Assembly (NCBI GenBank): GCA_965602015.1
Contig: OZ271918.1
Location: 1,280,001 to 1,344,000 of the forward strand
DNA: 64,000 bases
Origin: Salinispira sp.
GTDB lineage: Bacteria; Spirochaetota; Spirochaetia; DSM-27196; Salinispiraceae
Direction of reading: 5' to 3'
This document shows positions 49,805 through 61,298 of the stretch, one piece after another; position 1 is the first letter of the stretch; every line of letters begins with the position of its first letter. The notes beneath the pieces were generated by a model, which was not told where the DNA came from, did not search any database, and saw only the letters and a program-made list of their open reading frames with translations. A program made the translations under genes and the position numbers.

Positions 49805-51250
49805 CTAAAGCTCCCGAAGGGATTTGATAAACTCTCCGTCATTCTTTCTCGCAGGTTCCGGTGTCTTCCCTGAAAGATGAGATTCCAGTATCGACCGCAC
49901 CCGGGATCCGCAAAAATGCCCCTGGCAGCCCCCCATTCCGGCCCGGGTCCGCCGTTTGACGGCGTCCATTGAGTCAATGGGGATGGGACGTGACAGGGCG
50001 TCCCGGATGACCGACTCCCGCACCTGTTCGCAGCGGCATACGATACGCCGGGGGTCTCCCTCTTCCCGTTTGACATCGTCTTGTATTTTGCTGAAGGACA
50101 TCAGGTCACCGGGCATTGCTATTGGCTTTCTTTTTCTCCGGTTTTTTTGGGGGCTTTTTATCCGACCGTCGGCCGCCAGCATATCGACCATCATATCGGC
50201 AATGGCCGGCGCTGAAGTAAGCCCCGGCGATTCGATTCCCGCTGCCAGATAGACTCCGTCCCCCTGTCCGCGGCGGATAATGAAGTCCCGCTGGCTGGAA
50301 CTGGCCCGCAGTCCGCTGAAACTCCGGATAATTTTTTTCGCATCCAGATCCGGAACCGACTTCCTGCCGATATCAAGGATGTTTTTAAGGGTGAGAAAAT
50401 CCGTATCAAGGTCAAACTCTCCGTCGCTTTCTTCAGCGTTGGGCCCGATCATGATGTTACCCCAGGTGGTGGGGGTGACCAGTATGCCCTTGGAAACCGG
50501 AGTCGGGGTCTGAAACATCACCGAACCCAGTCCCGAGGAAGATCCCCGCTGCAGCACCAGGTACTGACCCTTGCGGGCGCTAATTTCAACGCCCTTTTCG
50601 CCAAGCAGCCGGGCGAGATCGCCCGACCCCAGGCCCGCCGCGTCGATTACCGCGGAGCTGCGAATTGTTCCCCGGGTACTGTGAAGTTCCCAGCCGTCCT
50701 CCACTGGCTCTGCAGCGGTGACCTCGGTTCTCAGGAGGATATCCGTTCCGCCGGCCGCCGCCTGTTCCGCCATGGCTATGGCCGCCTCGTAGGGGCTGAC
50801 GATTCCCGCCCCCGGGCAGTACAGAGCCGATAGAACTTCGTCATTCACCCGGGGTTCCTTGGCTTTGAGATCAGTTCCCCTAATAATTTCAAGACCATAC
50901 ACGCCGTTGAGTCTGCCGTTTTCCCGGATAGCTTCAAGGGTCTGTTCCTCTTCATCGTCGAAGGCCAACACGTATGATCCGCAGCGGGAAAAGGGAAAAC
51001 CCAGCCTGGCGGACAGTTCGTCGTATTGGCGGTTCCCGGCTATGGAAAGCTCCGCCTTTGTGCTGCCGTGCTTTGCGGCATAGCCACCGTGGATGATTCC
51101 GCTGTTCGCCTTGGTCGCACCGCAGCCCACATCGGAGGCCTTGTCGATGAGGATTACCCGCGCATCGTACACGGAAAGCTTGTAGGCAATGGCCGATCCC
51201 ACAATGCCGGCTCCTACTATCGCTATGTCGTAGTGATCTTTTATGTTCAT
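49805..51250 (-). CDS. Second GlpA/LhgO-like FAD oxidoreductase with BFD-like 2Fe-2S domain
   Basis: GAGIVG..GATKANSGIIHGG, GIESPGLT, VCRCE..KRRTRAGMGGCQGHFC. Confidence 0.92.
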   Translation of the reverse strand: MNIKDHYDIAIVGAGIVGSAIAYKLSVYDARVILIDKASDVGCGATKANSGIIHGGYAAKHGSTKAELSIAGNRQYDELSARLGFPFSRCGSYVLAFDDEEEQTLEAIRENGRLNGVYGLEIIRGTDLKAKEPRVNDEVLSALYCPGAGIVSPYEAAIAMAEQAAAGGTDILLRTEVTAAEPVEDGWELHSTRGTIRSSAVIDAAGLGSGDLARLLGEKGVEISARKGQYLVLQRGSSSGLGSVMFQTPTPVSKGILVTPTTWGNIMIGPNAEESDGEFDLDTDFLTLKNILDIGRKSVPDLDAKKIIRSFSGLRASSSQRDFIIRRGQGDGVYLAAGIESPGLTSAPAIADMMVDMLAADGRIKSPQKNRRKRKPIAMPGDLMSFSKIQDDVKREEGDPRRIVCRCEQVRESVIRDALSRPIPIDSMDAVKRRTRAGMGGCQGHFCGSRVRSILESHLSGKTPEPARKNDGEFIKSLREL

Positions 51251-51366
51251 AACTGATAGAAATAATAGTAATTATGATTGATAATGTCTATATAATCCCA
51301 TTTGACCAGGCGGATGCCCTGGCGTACAATGGCACCACTATTGTACGTGCATTGACGGAGAACCGC

Positions 51367-52146
51367 ATGACAGACAGAGATTACAAGGAGTTCCCCGCCG
51401 AACGTCGGGAAAAAGTGGTTGAGATCGTCAGCGCCGAGGGAAGCATACGGGTTGGAGACCTGGCCCGTAAACTCGATGTCTCGGAGATAACAATTCGGCG
51501 CGACCTCGACTACCTTCAGTCCCGGGGCAAGCTGGAGCGAACCCACGGGGGCGCGGTTTCAAACAGCCGATTGCGGGTCGAATCGGATTTTCGGCAAAAA
51601 CGCCAAACTCGGCAGCTCATCAAGCAGCGGCTCGCCAAGGCGGTGGCCGGATTGCTCGAGGGCCGCGACCATATTTTTGTCAACTCGGGAACCACCATGC
51701 TGGAGGTGCTCTGCGAAATCAGCGCCCTTGAGCTGCACATCTACACAAACAACGGCGCTCATGACCAGAGAATCAGCTATGGCTCGGCGGATCTGACGTA
51801 CCTGGGGGGCAATCTCCGTCAGCAAAGCCATGCGCTTGTGGGACCCCTCACCATGTTGAGCCTGTCGCACATATTCGCCGACAAGTGCATTCTGGGAGTC
51901 GACGGCTTTTCCCTGGCCGGCGGATTAACATCTCCCAATATGATGGAGGCCGAGGTCACCCGGACCATGATTGAACGTACCAGGGGAGAGGTAATTCTGG
52001 TGGCCGATCACAGCAAAATCGGCGTCATGTCCAGTTTTTTTATCGCAGAAGCCCAGCGCATAGACACCCTGGTAGTGGATGACGGCATTTCGCCGGAGTA
52101 TTTGCACGAGCTCCAGCAAAGCGACATCAAGGTTTTGGTGATTTGA
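51367..52146 (+). CDS. DeoR/GlpR family transcriptional regulator
   Basis: LARKLDVSEITIRRDL..RTHGGA, NSGTT, LVADHSK. Confidence 0.93.
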   Translation: MTDRDYKEFPAERREKVVEIVSAEGSIRVGDLARKLDVSEITIRRDLDYLQSRGKLERTHGGAVSNSRLRVESDFRQKRQTRQLIKQRLAKAVAGLLEGRDHIFVNSGTTMLEVLCEISALELHIYTNNGAHDQRISYGSADLTYLGGNLRQQSHALVGPLTMLSLSHIFADKCILGVDGFSLAGGLTSPNMMEAEVTRTMIERTRGEVILVADHSKIGVMSSFFIAEAQRIDTLVVDDGISPEYLHELQQSDIKVLVI

Positions 52147-52208
52147 TCAGCGTGTTCACAATGGTTTTTGTCCTGCCATTTTCTCTGGTTTTCATTACCT
52201 TTTAGGTA

Positions 52209-52409
52209 ATGAAAGCGATGAGCTCCCAAACGAAAATATGCCCGGCCTGCGGCCGGCCTTTTAGCAACCGCAAGAAGTGGGAATCCCGGGGCCTGTGGGA
52301 TCAGATTACCTACTGCAGTACCCGCTGCCGCAACCGTCGAAGTAAACAATCTTCTCATAAAAGCGTACAGGGTCGAAGTATTCAAAAAAGGCGGAATTCC
52401 AATGCATAA
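52209..52409 (+). CDS. DUF2256 protein
   Basis: [26 protein letters not shown]. Confidence 0.88.
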   Translation: MKAMSSQTKICPACGRPFSNRKKWESRGLWDQITYCSTRCRNRRSKQSSHKSVQGRSIQKRRNSNA

Positions 52410-53040
52410 AACCCGGCAGGACATAGACAGCATGGACAAGGTGTATCGGCTCAATCTCATCAACTCTCTGTCCGGGGTAAAGCCCGCAAATCTCATCGGA
52501 ACCCGCTCCACGGAAGGGTATGAAAACCTGGCGATTATCAGTTCGGTGGTGCATATCGGCAGCAATCCACCGCTTCTTGGTTTTTTCGTGCGGCCCCATC
52601 AGCAGGTCAAACGTCATACCTTCGTAAACCTTCAGGAGAGCGGCGAGTACAGCATCAATCACCTTCCGCATCAGTTCAGCGAGCAGGGCCACTGGACGTC
52701 GGCAAAATTCACCGCAGAAGAGTCGGAGTTCGAGTACTGCGGCTTTTCTCCCGAGTACATCCAGGGATTCTCCGCTCCCTTCGTCAAGTCCGCCCGTGTC
52801 AAAATCGGGCTGCAATTCCGGCAGGCCATTCCCATCGAAATAAACGACACCACCTTGGTGATCGGGGAGATCTGTCACGTTGTGGTCGATGATGATCTTG
52901 TCGATGCCCAGGGCTGCATCAACCTGGAACGCAGCGATTCGGCGGGAATATCCGGTGTGAGCAGTTATTACCGGCTGGAGAAAGTTGCCGATCATCCCTA
53001 TGCCCGCAGGGACCGGCTTCCGGAGTCAATAAAAGCATGA
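52402..53040 (+). CDS. Flavin reductase-like FMN-binding protein
   Basis: [39 protein letters not shown]. Confidence 0.88.
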   Translation: MHKTRQDIDSMDKVYRLNLINSLSGVKPANLIGTRSTEGYENLAIISSVVHIGSNPPLLGFFVRPHQQVKRHTFVNLQESGEYSINHLPHQFSEQGHWTSAKFTAEESEFEYCGFSPEYIQGFSAPFVKSARVKIGLQFRQAIPIEINDTTLVIGEICHVVVDDDLVDAQGCINLERSDSAGISGVSSYYRLEKVADHPYARRDRLPESIKA

Positions 53041-54695
53041 GCGGGAACGATGGGGCAAAGCCCCTGGTGCTCTGGTGGGTCAAACGGGACATTCGCGTGA
53101 GGGATAATGCGGCGCTTCATGCCGCCCTTCGAAGCGCCGACCAGGCAGGTGCAGCGGTGGCGGCCCTCTATCTGCTGGATGACGCCATTCGCCTCCACCC
53201 GGAAACCAGCATGCATCACGGAAAGATGATTGATCAGGCCTTGGAAGATCTCGCGGTCAGTCTGTCTGCGCGTACTATTCCGCTGCTCTACGGGGCATGC
53301 GAGTTTTCCGAACTGCTTGAGTCCATCGCCGCCGCCGGATGGTCGGTGGTAAGCGTCCACTCCCATGAGGAAACCGGGACCTGGGAGAGCTACCAGCGGG
53401 ACCTAGGCTTGCATAAAAGCTTTGACGGGGCGGGCATTGTTTGGCGCGAGGAATGGCGAAACGGGGTGATTCGAACCCTGACCGACCGGGAAAACCGAAT
53501 CGGTATCTTCCGGCGGCGGATGGCGGAAGAGATTCTGCCGCCGCCTGATTCACTAGAAGGTCCCCCCCAGAGAAAGCTGCTGTCCGCCATTAACCATGAG
53601 CTGGCGGACATGCGGTACAAGCCGGGAGCCGTGGTTTTGGACCTGACGTCGGCGGCGGCAGACCCCTCCGCCGGCGATTATGCCCGGCAGCTCACCGAAG
53701 TACTCAAGCGGGAGGTGAGCCGGTTCTTTCCCGATGAGCGGGATGCAGAGTTGGTTAATCAGCTCGCCGTCCCGGATTATTCGCCCCCCATGGGGCCTCC
53801 GGATTTTCAGTCCTGCAGCGAAACCCAGGGCATCAATACCATGGAATCATTTCTTGCTGTACGGGGCGAAGGCTACAGCGGGGGAATGAGCTCAATGAAC
53901 AGCGCGCCTGAGCACTGCAGCCGGTATTCGGTCCATCTTGCCTGGGGAACCATGAGCATGCGTCAGGCCCTCGCATCGAGCGACCGGCGGCTCGCGGATT
54001 TACGGAAAAATCCCCAGCCGCCCTGGGGTAAGAGCCTGCGCTCCCAGCAGCGGCGGCTGCATTGGCATGATCATTTTTCCCAACGGCTTGAGGATGAACC
54101 GGAAACCGAGTTCTATCCCATCAATCGGGCCTATGCGAGGTTCAGCCTCCCCGATGATTGGCAGCACCGGTTCTGGTCCTGGGTTTTGGGTACAACCGGC
54201 TACCCCTATGTTGATGCCTGCATTCGGCGTTTCAGGCGAAGCGGGTACCTGAGCTTCCGCGCACGGGCCATGATTACCAGCTTCGCCATTCACGACCTCC
54301 GGCTACCCTGGCGGCTTATTTTGTATCCCATGGCGCAGATGATGGCCGATTATGTGCCGGGCATCCACATCAGCCAGCTGCAGATGCAGGCCGGGCTGAC
54401 GGGAATCAATACCCTGCGGGTGTACAATCCCACGAAGCAGTTGATCGATCACGATAAGGACTGCGTCTTTGTAAAACGCGAGGTCCCCGAATTGGCTCAG
54501 GCCGACCCTGGGCAGATCCACGCCCTTCCCGAGCTCATCGTGCTGGGATACCCAGAAGCAGCGGTAGACCACAAGCGCGAGAGCGCACAATACAAGGCCG
54601 AGTATTTCGCCATAAAGCGGAGCGACCAGGCGAAACGGGAAGCGGACCGGGTGCTTCAGCGCCACGGTTCACGGCTCAGGGGCAGGGCGTCATGA
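53037..54695 (+). CDS. Photolyase/cryptochrome family protein
   Basis: WWVKRDIRVRDNAAL, CSRYSVHLAWG, TGYPYVDACIR, FRARAM, DYVPGIHISQLQMQAG..RVYNPTKQ. Confidence 0.92.
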   Translation: MSGNDGAKPLVLWWVKRDIRVRDNAALHAALRSADQAGAAVAALYLLDDAIRLHPETSMHHGKMIDQALEDLAVSLSARTIPLLYGACEFSELLESIAAAGWSVVSVHSHEETGTWESYQRDLGLHKSFDGAGIVWREEWRNGVIRTLTDRENRIGIFRRRMAEEILPPPDSLEGPPQRKLLSAINHELADMRYKPGAVVLDLTSAAADPSAGDYARQLTEVLKREVSRFFPDERDAELVNQLAVPDYSPPMGPPDFQSCSETQGINTMESFLAVRGEGYSGGMSSMNSAPEHCSRYSVHLAWGTMSMRQALASSDRRLADLRKNPQPPWGKSLRSQQRRLHWHDHFSQRLEDEPETEFYPINRAYARFSLPDDWQHRFWSWVLGTTGYPYVDACIRRFRRSGYLSFRARAMITSFAIHDLRLPWRLILYPMAQMMADYVPGIHISQLQMQAGLTGINTLRVYNPTKQLIDHDKDCVFVKREVPELAQADPGQIHALPELIVLGYPEAAVDHKRESAQYKAEYFAIKRSDQAKREADRVLQRHGSRLRGRAS

Positions 54696-56059
54696 GCACA
54701 GCGGCACGGCCGGCAGCAAGCATAGTGATTTGGCACCGGATGTCATTCGACTTGGAAGGCATACTTTCCTACCTCCCGGATGGAGCGCCAATCCGGGGCA
54801 TTATCAGCGCAGATTCAATTCACCGCGGCGGCCCCGATGAACGTTCTCCCCTTGGCATACCCCGGCTGTCGGATCACCGGCGGAAATTCTACCTTCAGGC
54901 AGTAACGGAACTGCATGATCAGTACGCCGCCCGGAAGATGGAGCTCATTTCCGTTGATAACACTCTACTGGAGTACATCAAAGGCCTTTCCCAGGAAGAA
55001 ATTCCGGAAACGGTTCTGGTATCTCCTCCCCGGGGAACCGAGGAGCGTGAAGATTTTGCCCAGCTTGAACGCGAATTTAAAACAATGGGCAACGGGCCGA
55101 AGCTGGGTTACCTCCCGGAAAACTGCCTCATTTCCGAGGATGAACTGCCCTTTGCCGTAGACGAAATGCCGCGGACATTCTCCGCATTCCGTCGAAAAAT
55201 TGAAAAACGGGATTACAGCTCCTACCGCTTCGCCTCTTATGAGGCAACGCGCAGGCTCGCGCCCGGCGGCGGACGAACCCGGCTGGAAGAGTATCTGTTT
55301 GCCAGTGACGGAATAGCCAGCTACAAGGAAACGAGAAACGGCCTGGGCTCCGGCGATTATTCGAGCCGGCTTTCGCCCTGGCTCTCCGTCGATGCCCTCA
55401 GGGCGAAGGAGGTCGGACGGCGGGTTCGGGACTACGAAGACACGAGGATCAAAAACGAATCCACCTACTGGCTCATTTTCGAGCTATTGTGGCGGGATTT
55501 TTTTATTCATTTGGCGAAGGCCGTGGGCCCCCGGATGTTTCATCCCCGGGGTTTCAAGAAGATCATGAGTCCCGGCCTCGCTCCTGATTGGAGGACTGAC
55601 CCCGATGTGTGGACCCGCTTTTGTTCCTGGGCCATGGGTAAAACCGGGCAGGATTTTATTGATGCGATAATGCGCGAACTCTACGCCACCGGCGAAACGA
55701 GCAACCGCGCCCGCCAAAATGCCGCCAGCTACCTCATTCACGACCTGGGATGCCCCTGGTGGTGGGGCGCCTGGTGGTTCGAGCACCTGCTCATTGACTA
55801 TGATCCCCCGTCGAACTGGGGCAACTGGGCCTACCTGGCGGGAGTAGGGGCCGACCCCAGGCCGAGCAGGAGATTCAATGTCTCCAAGCAGGCCGCCAGC
55901 TACGATCCGAAGGGATCCTACCGCAGCCAGGTGAGAAAGATGGGCTGGCAGGTTCCCGCAGATGCCCTTCCGGCGACGGCTCCGATGGAAGCCATGGCTC
56001 AGGTAGAGCACATGGCTAAAAAGCTGAGGGCAGTTGTCGAGACCTCTGATCCTGTCTGA
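54692..56059 (+). CDS. Cryptochrome DASH-like protein
   Basis: YKETRNGL, SRLSPWLS, NESTYWLIFELLWRDFF, SNRARQNAASYL, DYDPPSNWGNW. Confidence 0.9.
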   Translation: MSTAARPAASIVIWHRMSFDLEGILSYLPDGAPIRGIISADSIHRGGPDERSPLGIPRLSDHRRKFYLQAVTELHDQYAARKMELISVDNTLLEYIKGLSQEEIPETVLVSPPRGTEEREDFAQLEREFKTMGNGPKLGYLPENCLISEDELPFAVDEMPRTFSAFRRKIEKRDYSSYRFASYEATRRLAPGGGRTRLEEYLFASDGIASYKETRNGLGSGDYSSRLSPWLSVDALRAKEVGRRVRDYEDTRIKNESTYWLIFELLWRDFFIHLAKAVGPRMFHPRGFKKIMSPGLAPDWRTDPDVWTRFCSWAMGKTGQDFIDAIMRELYATGETSNRARQNAASYLIHDLGCPWWWGAWWFEHLLIDYDPPSNWGNWAYLAGVGADPRPSRRFNVSKQAASYDPKGSYRSQVRKMGWQVPADALPATAPMEAMAQVEHMAKKLRAVVETSDPV

Positions 56060-59000
56060 TGTAGAGGCCTCGTTGTTCCCGGATCACTGCCTGATAAATA
56101 AAATCCTGGAACTCCTCGATTTTGTCCTTGGCAATGAGTTGATTCGGAATAAAAATTTCCCGGGTCAAAATGACTATTCCATCGTTTTCTTCATACTGGT
56201 ATCTGGCATAGCTATCATTGAACTCGGTGTAAAGATCATCCGGTATGCTTACCGGCGAATATCCCTGAGGCAGGTGAACAACCATAACCTGGGTATGGGG
56301 TGTTGCGAACGCGGGGACGTCTATTGTTAAATCATTTTCACCGGGCTCGATACCCAGCCACGGATTTACCGTATTGCTGATGGCGTCGGCAATGGGCAAA
56401 TTGATGCGATAAATGCCATTGCCCGCATCTTCGAGGCGATTCGCCAGGGCTCCTTCAAAATTTACCCGCGGATCATCTTGGAGTTCATCGATATTCTCCA
56501 TACTGAGAGTTGATAAATCAAATCCGGGCATCCAAGAATTTCCAAGTATTGAAAAACGCTCCCTCTGTTGATCCTCGTTCAGGCCGCTGTACAGAGACCG
56601 AATGATCCCGGCCTGGGCTCCCTGGTAGACGATGCTTGCCCTGACAGTAGGAGAGTTTGCCACATCATTGAGCTCCAGCATATAAAAGCTGTTCTGCTGA
56701 CGAAAATCCGCTTCGATTTTCGCAAACTCCCCGCCATCTGTGATGTGAAGTATATATGAGCCCACCATTCCTGCCGGCAGCTCATCCCAGGTGTAGTACC
56801 GCAAGGTAGGGTCGAGGTAGAGGAAACCATCATCCTCCGGGACCACAACGATGGCGTGAGTGAAACGGGGAGATGGCAAATACGAGTTCGAACCAGTGTA
56901 GGAAGGCGTGTTCAATGCGATGTACGAGCTAATTCCTGCTGACTTGAGCATGGCGATTAGTAGCACGCTTTGATCTTTGCAGTCCCCGTAACCCTCATCT
57001 AAAACACTCCCTGCAGTCTGAGGTACATAATTGCTGTAAAGAAATGAAAGATCTTCGTACTCAATGCCTCCGGATACGAAATCGTAAATCGCCTTGATTT
57101 TTTCGGATCTGTTATCCATTCCTCGCGTGATCTTCTCAGTGGCCTCCATAATTTGAGGGGTAACTATGGTCTGTCCATGATACAAGTCTTCGTACCATGA
57201 AATAATTTCCGACCAGTCGCTTATCGAGCTGATATCGATCCAGGCATACCTGTCTCTCCAATGAGGAGAGAGTACACCTGAGCTTAGAGCTTCCTGCCGA
57301 GAGACCGTAAATGTGACCGCTTCAAATCCTTCAATAAATGATTCGATTCGACGGGAGACGTCTTCCTCGGAGACATTGTTATACCGGTATGTCAGATCGT
57401 AGGCTTCAGGATAAATGAGCTGGAATTGACTCTGATAGATCGGATAACGTGACTGAAGCACTGCGGAGGTATACAGCTCATCATTGATCTCACCGGGAAC
57501 ATAGGAGTTTACAGCATAGCGGACTACGATAAAGTCGCCGACGCTGAGACCGGGAAAGGCTAAAGTGCGTCCTGAACGATTGGCGAATATCCTGCTTCCA
57601 TCCTGTTTGAGTATATACGCTTCTCTGAGCTCCCCGTTACCAAAAACCGGGTGGAACTCAAGATATTGATACCTGTTGTCCTCTACGCCTTCCGTGGTCA
57701 GTACCTGAAGTACATAATGTGCTCGCACGGAGGATGCGCCGTCCCCAAAGAATACTTCCTTCCGGTCATCATACACAACCAAGGCATCGGCGGACTCAGC
57801 ATTGAATCCGCTTTCCAGAAAATCATCAATGAGGAAGTAGGAGTCGATTGCGGTAAGTTGATCTGCGAATCGTGACTGCCTGTTAAGTTCTCTCAAATCA
57901 TCCCTTGCGGCAAAATCATAGGGAAAAAAGCTAACCAGTTTTGTCAATGCTGATTTATAGTTTCGTTCCTCTCGATCCATGTCGCGTTTGAAATCCTGGT
58001 GAGCCGAGGGATTTTGAAGGAAGGCTGAATAGTTCTCATCGTAAAAGGATTTCATATCCCGATAGAGCGAATGGGAAAGGTATCGTTCCATCGAAAGCAG
58101 ATTATGGGAGAGCGGGAATGTCAGCGATAGGTCAAAGGTGATATCGCGAATCTCCATGAAGGTAATTCCCGGGATATCGTATAGCAGCTCGAGGTAGCGC
58201 AGCCATTGAGCCTCGTCATGCGGATAATGAGTGAGGTAGGTGAGCAATGTTTCCGAAGCTCTGTTCGTATCATCGGTTCTCAACGATACCGCAATGTCCC
58301 AAAACAGCGCGGCAGAGAAGGTATCGTGGGAATACAAAGTTTCGACATAGCGTTCAATCTGGGAGATCGACAATTCGCTGTTGAAATTCAGCATTGTGAG
58401 GTATTGATCCGAGGTATTCGGGAACAAGCGATTCAGATCAGAGAAGCGTTCAAAAGCCTGTTCCACGTTGCCTTCGACCAGCTGATGCCGCATATCAGAT
58501 TCCAAATAAAAATACCATTCGGCATCATACGATCCGATCTCTTCAAGAAAAGTCCGGGTCTTCCCGATTCTTCCCTCAGCGATGAAATTTCTCAATGCGT
58601 AAATCTTCGCCGGGGCGAAAAACGTATTTGCCTCGGCAAGGTTCAGCATAATCCGTTCAAATTCTGAATAATCGCGTTCAGCACGGTGGTATTGGGCTTC
58701 GAGCCACCTCATTACCATGCTATCGGGCCCGATGCTTTTGAGACGCTCAAGGACCTGCTGAGCTTCTTCATTCAAACCCTTCTCCAGAAGAGTCAGGGTG
58801 AGGAGCATGTATCCCTCGGGGTTTTCCCCTTCCTGATCAATAATTTCACAGATGGAATGTATGAGCGGATTTACGAATGTTTCACCGGGAAACAGATCTG
58901 CGTATAAAGGCGATCCGCTACTCAAGGATTCGGTTGTCGGGAAGAATGCCGCGCTGAATGAAGACGGACCCTCAAGATTGCTCATTTTAACGATAAGCTC

Positions 59001-59932
59001 ACTAGGGCCTTGCTTGAGTTCACGCTCAACATAAAACAGGTTATCGCCCCTGCTGTAATCTCCATTTTCAAGGATTTTTTCCCCGTCGAGCCAAACCTCA
59101 ATTGCACCGTTTCTTCCGAATACCAGGGTGTGCTGACCGGCGTCCTCTACATTGATGATGGTCGAGGCGTATATGGAGCTGTAGTCGATTTCGCTGAATA
59201 AGTCAGATAGCCGGACATCGAGGCTCATACTCTGTAAAGCCGGAACGTACGGCGTGAGCGGCCAGTTGTTCATCCCCGGTTCGTAGTTCGAAAACATCTG
59301 CCCGGAATCCGAGGCGATTTCAACAAAGTCTTTTCTGAATCCCGAGCCGGAAATGTTTGAGTACGGTCCCAGGATTTCCCAATCACTAATTATATTGAGC
59401 TCTTCGTGAAGATCCAGATAGCGCTTTGAGTCTCCCCGTCGTTCGCGATAGTAGTCAAATAGAATGTGCTGATATTCCCGTTTGATCCACTCATCGATGC
59501 TCCTGTTTCTCACAGCTGATTCAAGAATTTCAATAAATTCTTCATATATTGCGGAGTCATATACGGCGATAGAGGCAACTAACCTTGTCAGTGCTACCGA
59601 AAATGGATGGCCCGGATCCTCGGCAATAGCCCGGTTGAGCATCGCAACGCTTCCGGTATCGGCGGACAGGGCAAAATCCGTTATCGCCTGGGCTCGATAT
59701 ATCGGATAAAGGAGATTTTCCAAATCAGAATACTTTGCACTTGCGGCCGCTCCAGAATTTTGTGCAACAGTGAAATCATTTTCCGATATTGAATCCCAAA
59801 TACCGGCCAAATCAGCAGCTGCACTCTCCGCCAGAATCCCCATGTCAGCGGGTTCTCTGTTAAGACTTGCACAGGCACTTAACGATAGAATTGCAGCTAT
59901 CGCTAATAGCGGAACATATTTTTACATTGCAT
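56016..59932 (-). pseudogene. Large lipoprotein with DUF3857/transglutaminase-like domains; 5' frameshift separates the ATG from the signal peptide
   Basis: GYGDCKDQS..FTHAI..YLDPT triad; in-frame KYVPLLAIAAILSLSAC lipobox upstream of the ORF; ATG at 59932 is 1 nt out of frame at the T5 run 59919-59923 (could be a sequence error). Confidence 0.7.
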
Positions 59933-60106
59933 GTGGTAAATCACCTAAATTATGAAGATGCGCCATAGTATATGTTAATTGAGATTTTAACAAGAATATA
60001 ATTGCAGGATTTTTGTAAACATGTTAAAACGTACTCACGCCTGCAGAGTATGAGTCTCACTTCATGTCCTGTGAGCGATTGAAAAATATCATTTCACAAG
60101 GTACCC

Positions 60107-61279
60107 ATGAAAATATTACCAGTGCTATTCGTTTTCTTGTCCGGAGCTATATCCGGTCTTCCAGTCAATGCAGATACACTGCAGACTGGGCCGCTCCTGT
60201 TCATCGATTCACAGCATACCTGCGAGGTCTTATTGGACGGTGAAATGGTTGGTACTACGCCGCTTTTTATATCACGAATTTCAGCGGAGAACAATCGCCT
60301 TCAATTGATGGGACAGGACTCTTACGCCGAAATGAATATTGTTTTTGATAGCGGCATTAGAGAGGTTACCCGCATTTTTTCCATGATGGATGCCTACCCG
60401 GGTAGCGTAAGGCTACGGGGAGATATCCAGGATATCACCACATTTATCGATGGCACGGAGCAGCTGTTTGTTGAAAATGAGGCGGGCCTCAGCATAACTC
60501 TGGATTCTGGCGCTCACTTTATACGGATTGAGAAGCAGGGATTTCTCCCGCTCGAATATCACCTGGAAGTTCCCCGCCTTGATGAACTGCTGCTCGATAT
60601 AGCAATGCTCCCTGCGGTCGAGCTGTTCATAGGAAGCGACCTGCCGGAAGACACCACAATGCTGTTCCCGAACGATGAGCGCAGTTTGGAATACGGTTAT
60701 TCCGCTGGGGAAAGCATTCTCTTGACTCCCGGGGAGTGGACAGGAATCTTAAAGAGCGCTCACTTCAAAGATACGGAGGTATCGTTTACTCTCGGGCAGA
60801 CATCGACAGAAATTGATATTTCCCCTGACTACCACAGCCCGGAGGTTAATCTCATTGGTCTAACCGAGGACAGCACGATTTTCCTTGGTGAGCGCGAAGT
60901 AACATCTCAGATTGTAGACGCAATTCTTCCGCTGAGCGTCGGTGTTAATGAACTTCTTATACTCCGTGAGAATTACCTCCCACAAACATATGTTTTGCAC
61001 GTCGATGGCGATGTTCGTCTACAAACCGAACTCGTCTATAGTATCGATCCAGTATATACCGTGGAAAGGAGGAGGAAACTCAACCGAGGCCTCCTGTTTT
61101 CTGGGCTCACGTTATTGGGTGGTGGTTTGATTTTGAATAGCGACACCCTGCTTTTGGGTATGACCCGGGAATATCAGACCTATCGAACCATGAAATATGT
61201 CTTTTTAGGAGTAGGCGGTACTGGTCTGCTCCTCAGCCTGACCGGTGCCGGTTTGGGTATTGTATCCGCACTACAGTGA
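60107..61279 (+). CDS. PEGA-domain protein with C-terminal TM helices
   Basis: EVLLDGEMVGTTPL, GAHFIRIEKQGF; signal peptide and hydrophobic C-terminus. Confidence 0.75.
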   Translation: MKILPVLFVFLSGAISGLPVNADTLQTGPLLFIDSQHTCEVLLDGEMVGTTPLFISRISAENNRLQLMGQDSYAEMNIVFDSGIREVTRIFSMMDAYPGSVRLRGDIQDITTFIDGTEQLFVENEAGLSITLDSGAHFIRIEKQGFLPLEYHLEVPRLDELLLDIAMLPAVELFIGSDLPEDTTMLFPNDERSLEYGYSAGESILLTPGEWTGILKSAHFKDTEVSFTLGQTSTEIDISPDYHSPEVNLIGLTEDSTIFLGEREVTSQIVDAILPLSVGVNELLILRENYLPQTYVLHVDGDVRLQTELVYSIDPVYTVERRRKLNRGLLFSGLTLLGGGLILNSDTLLLGMTREYQTYRTMKYVFLGVGGTGLLLSLTGAGLGIVSALQ

Positions 61280-61298
61280 TCGGGAGCTTTGGAAATTA

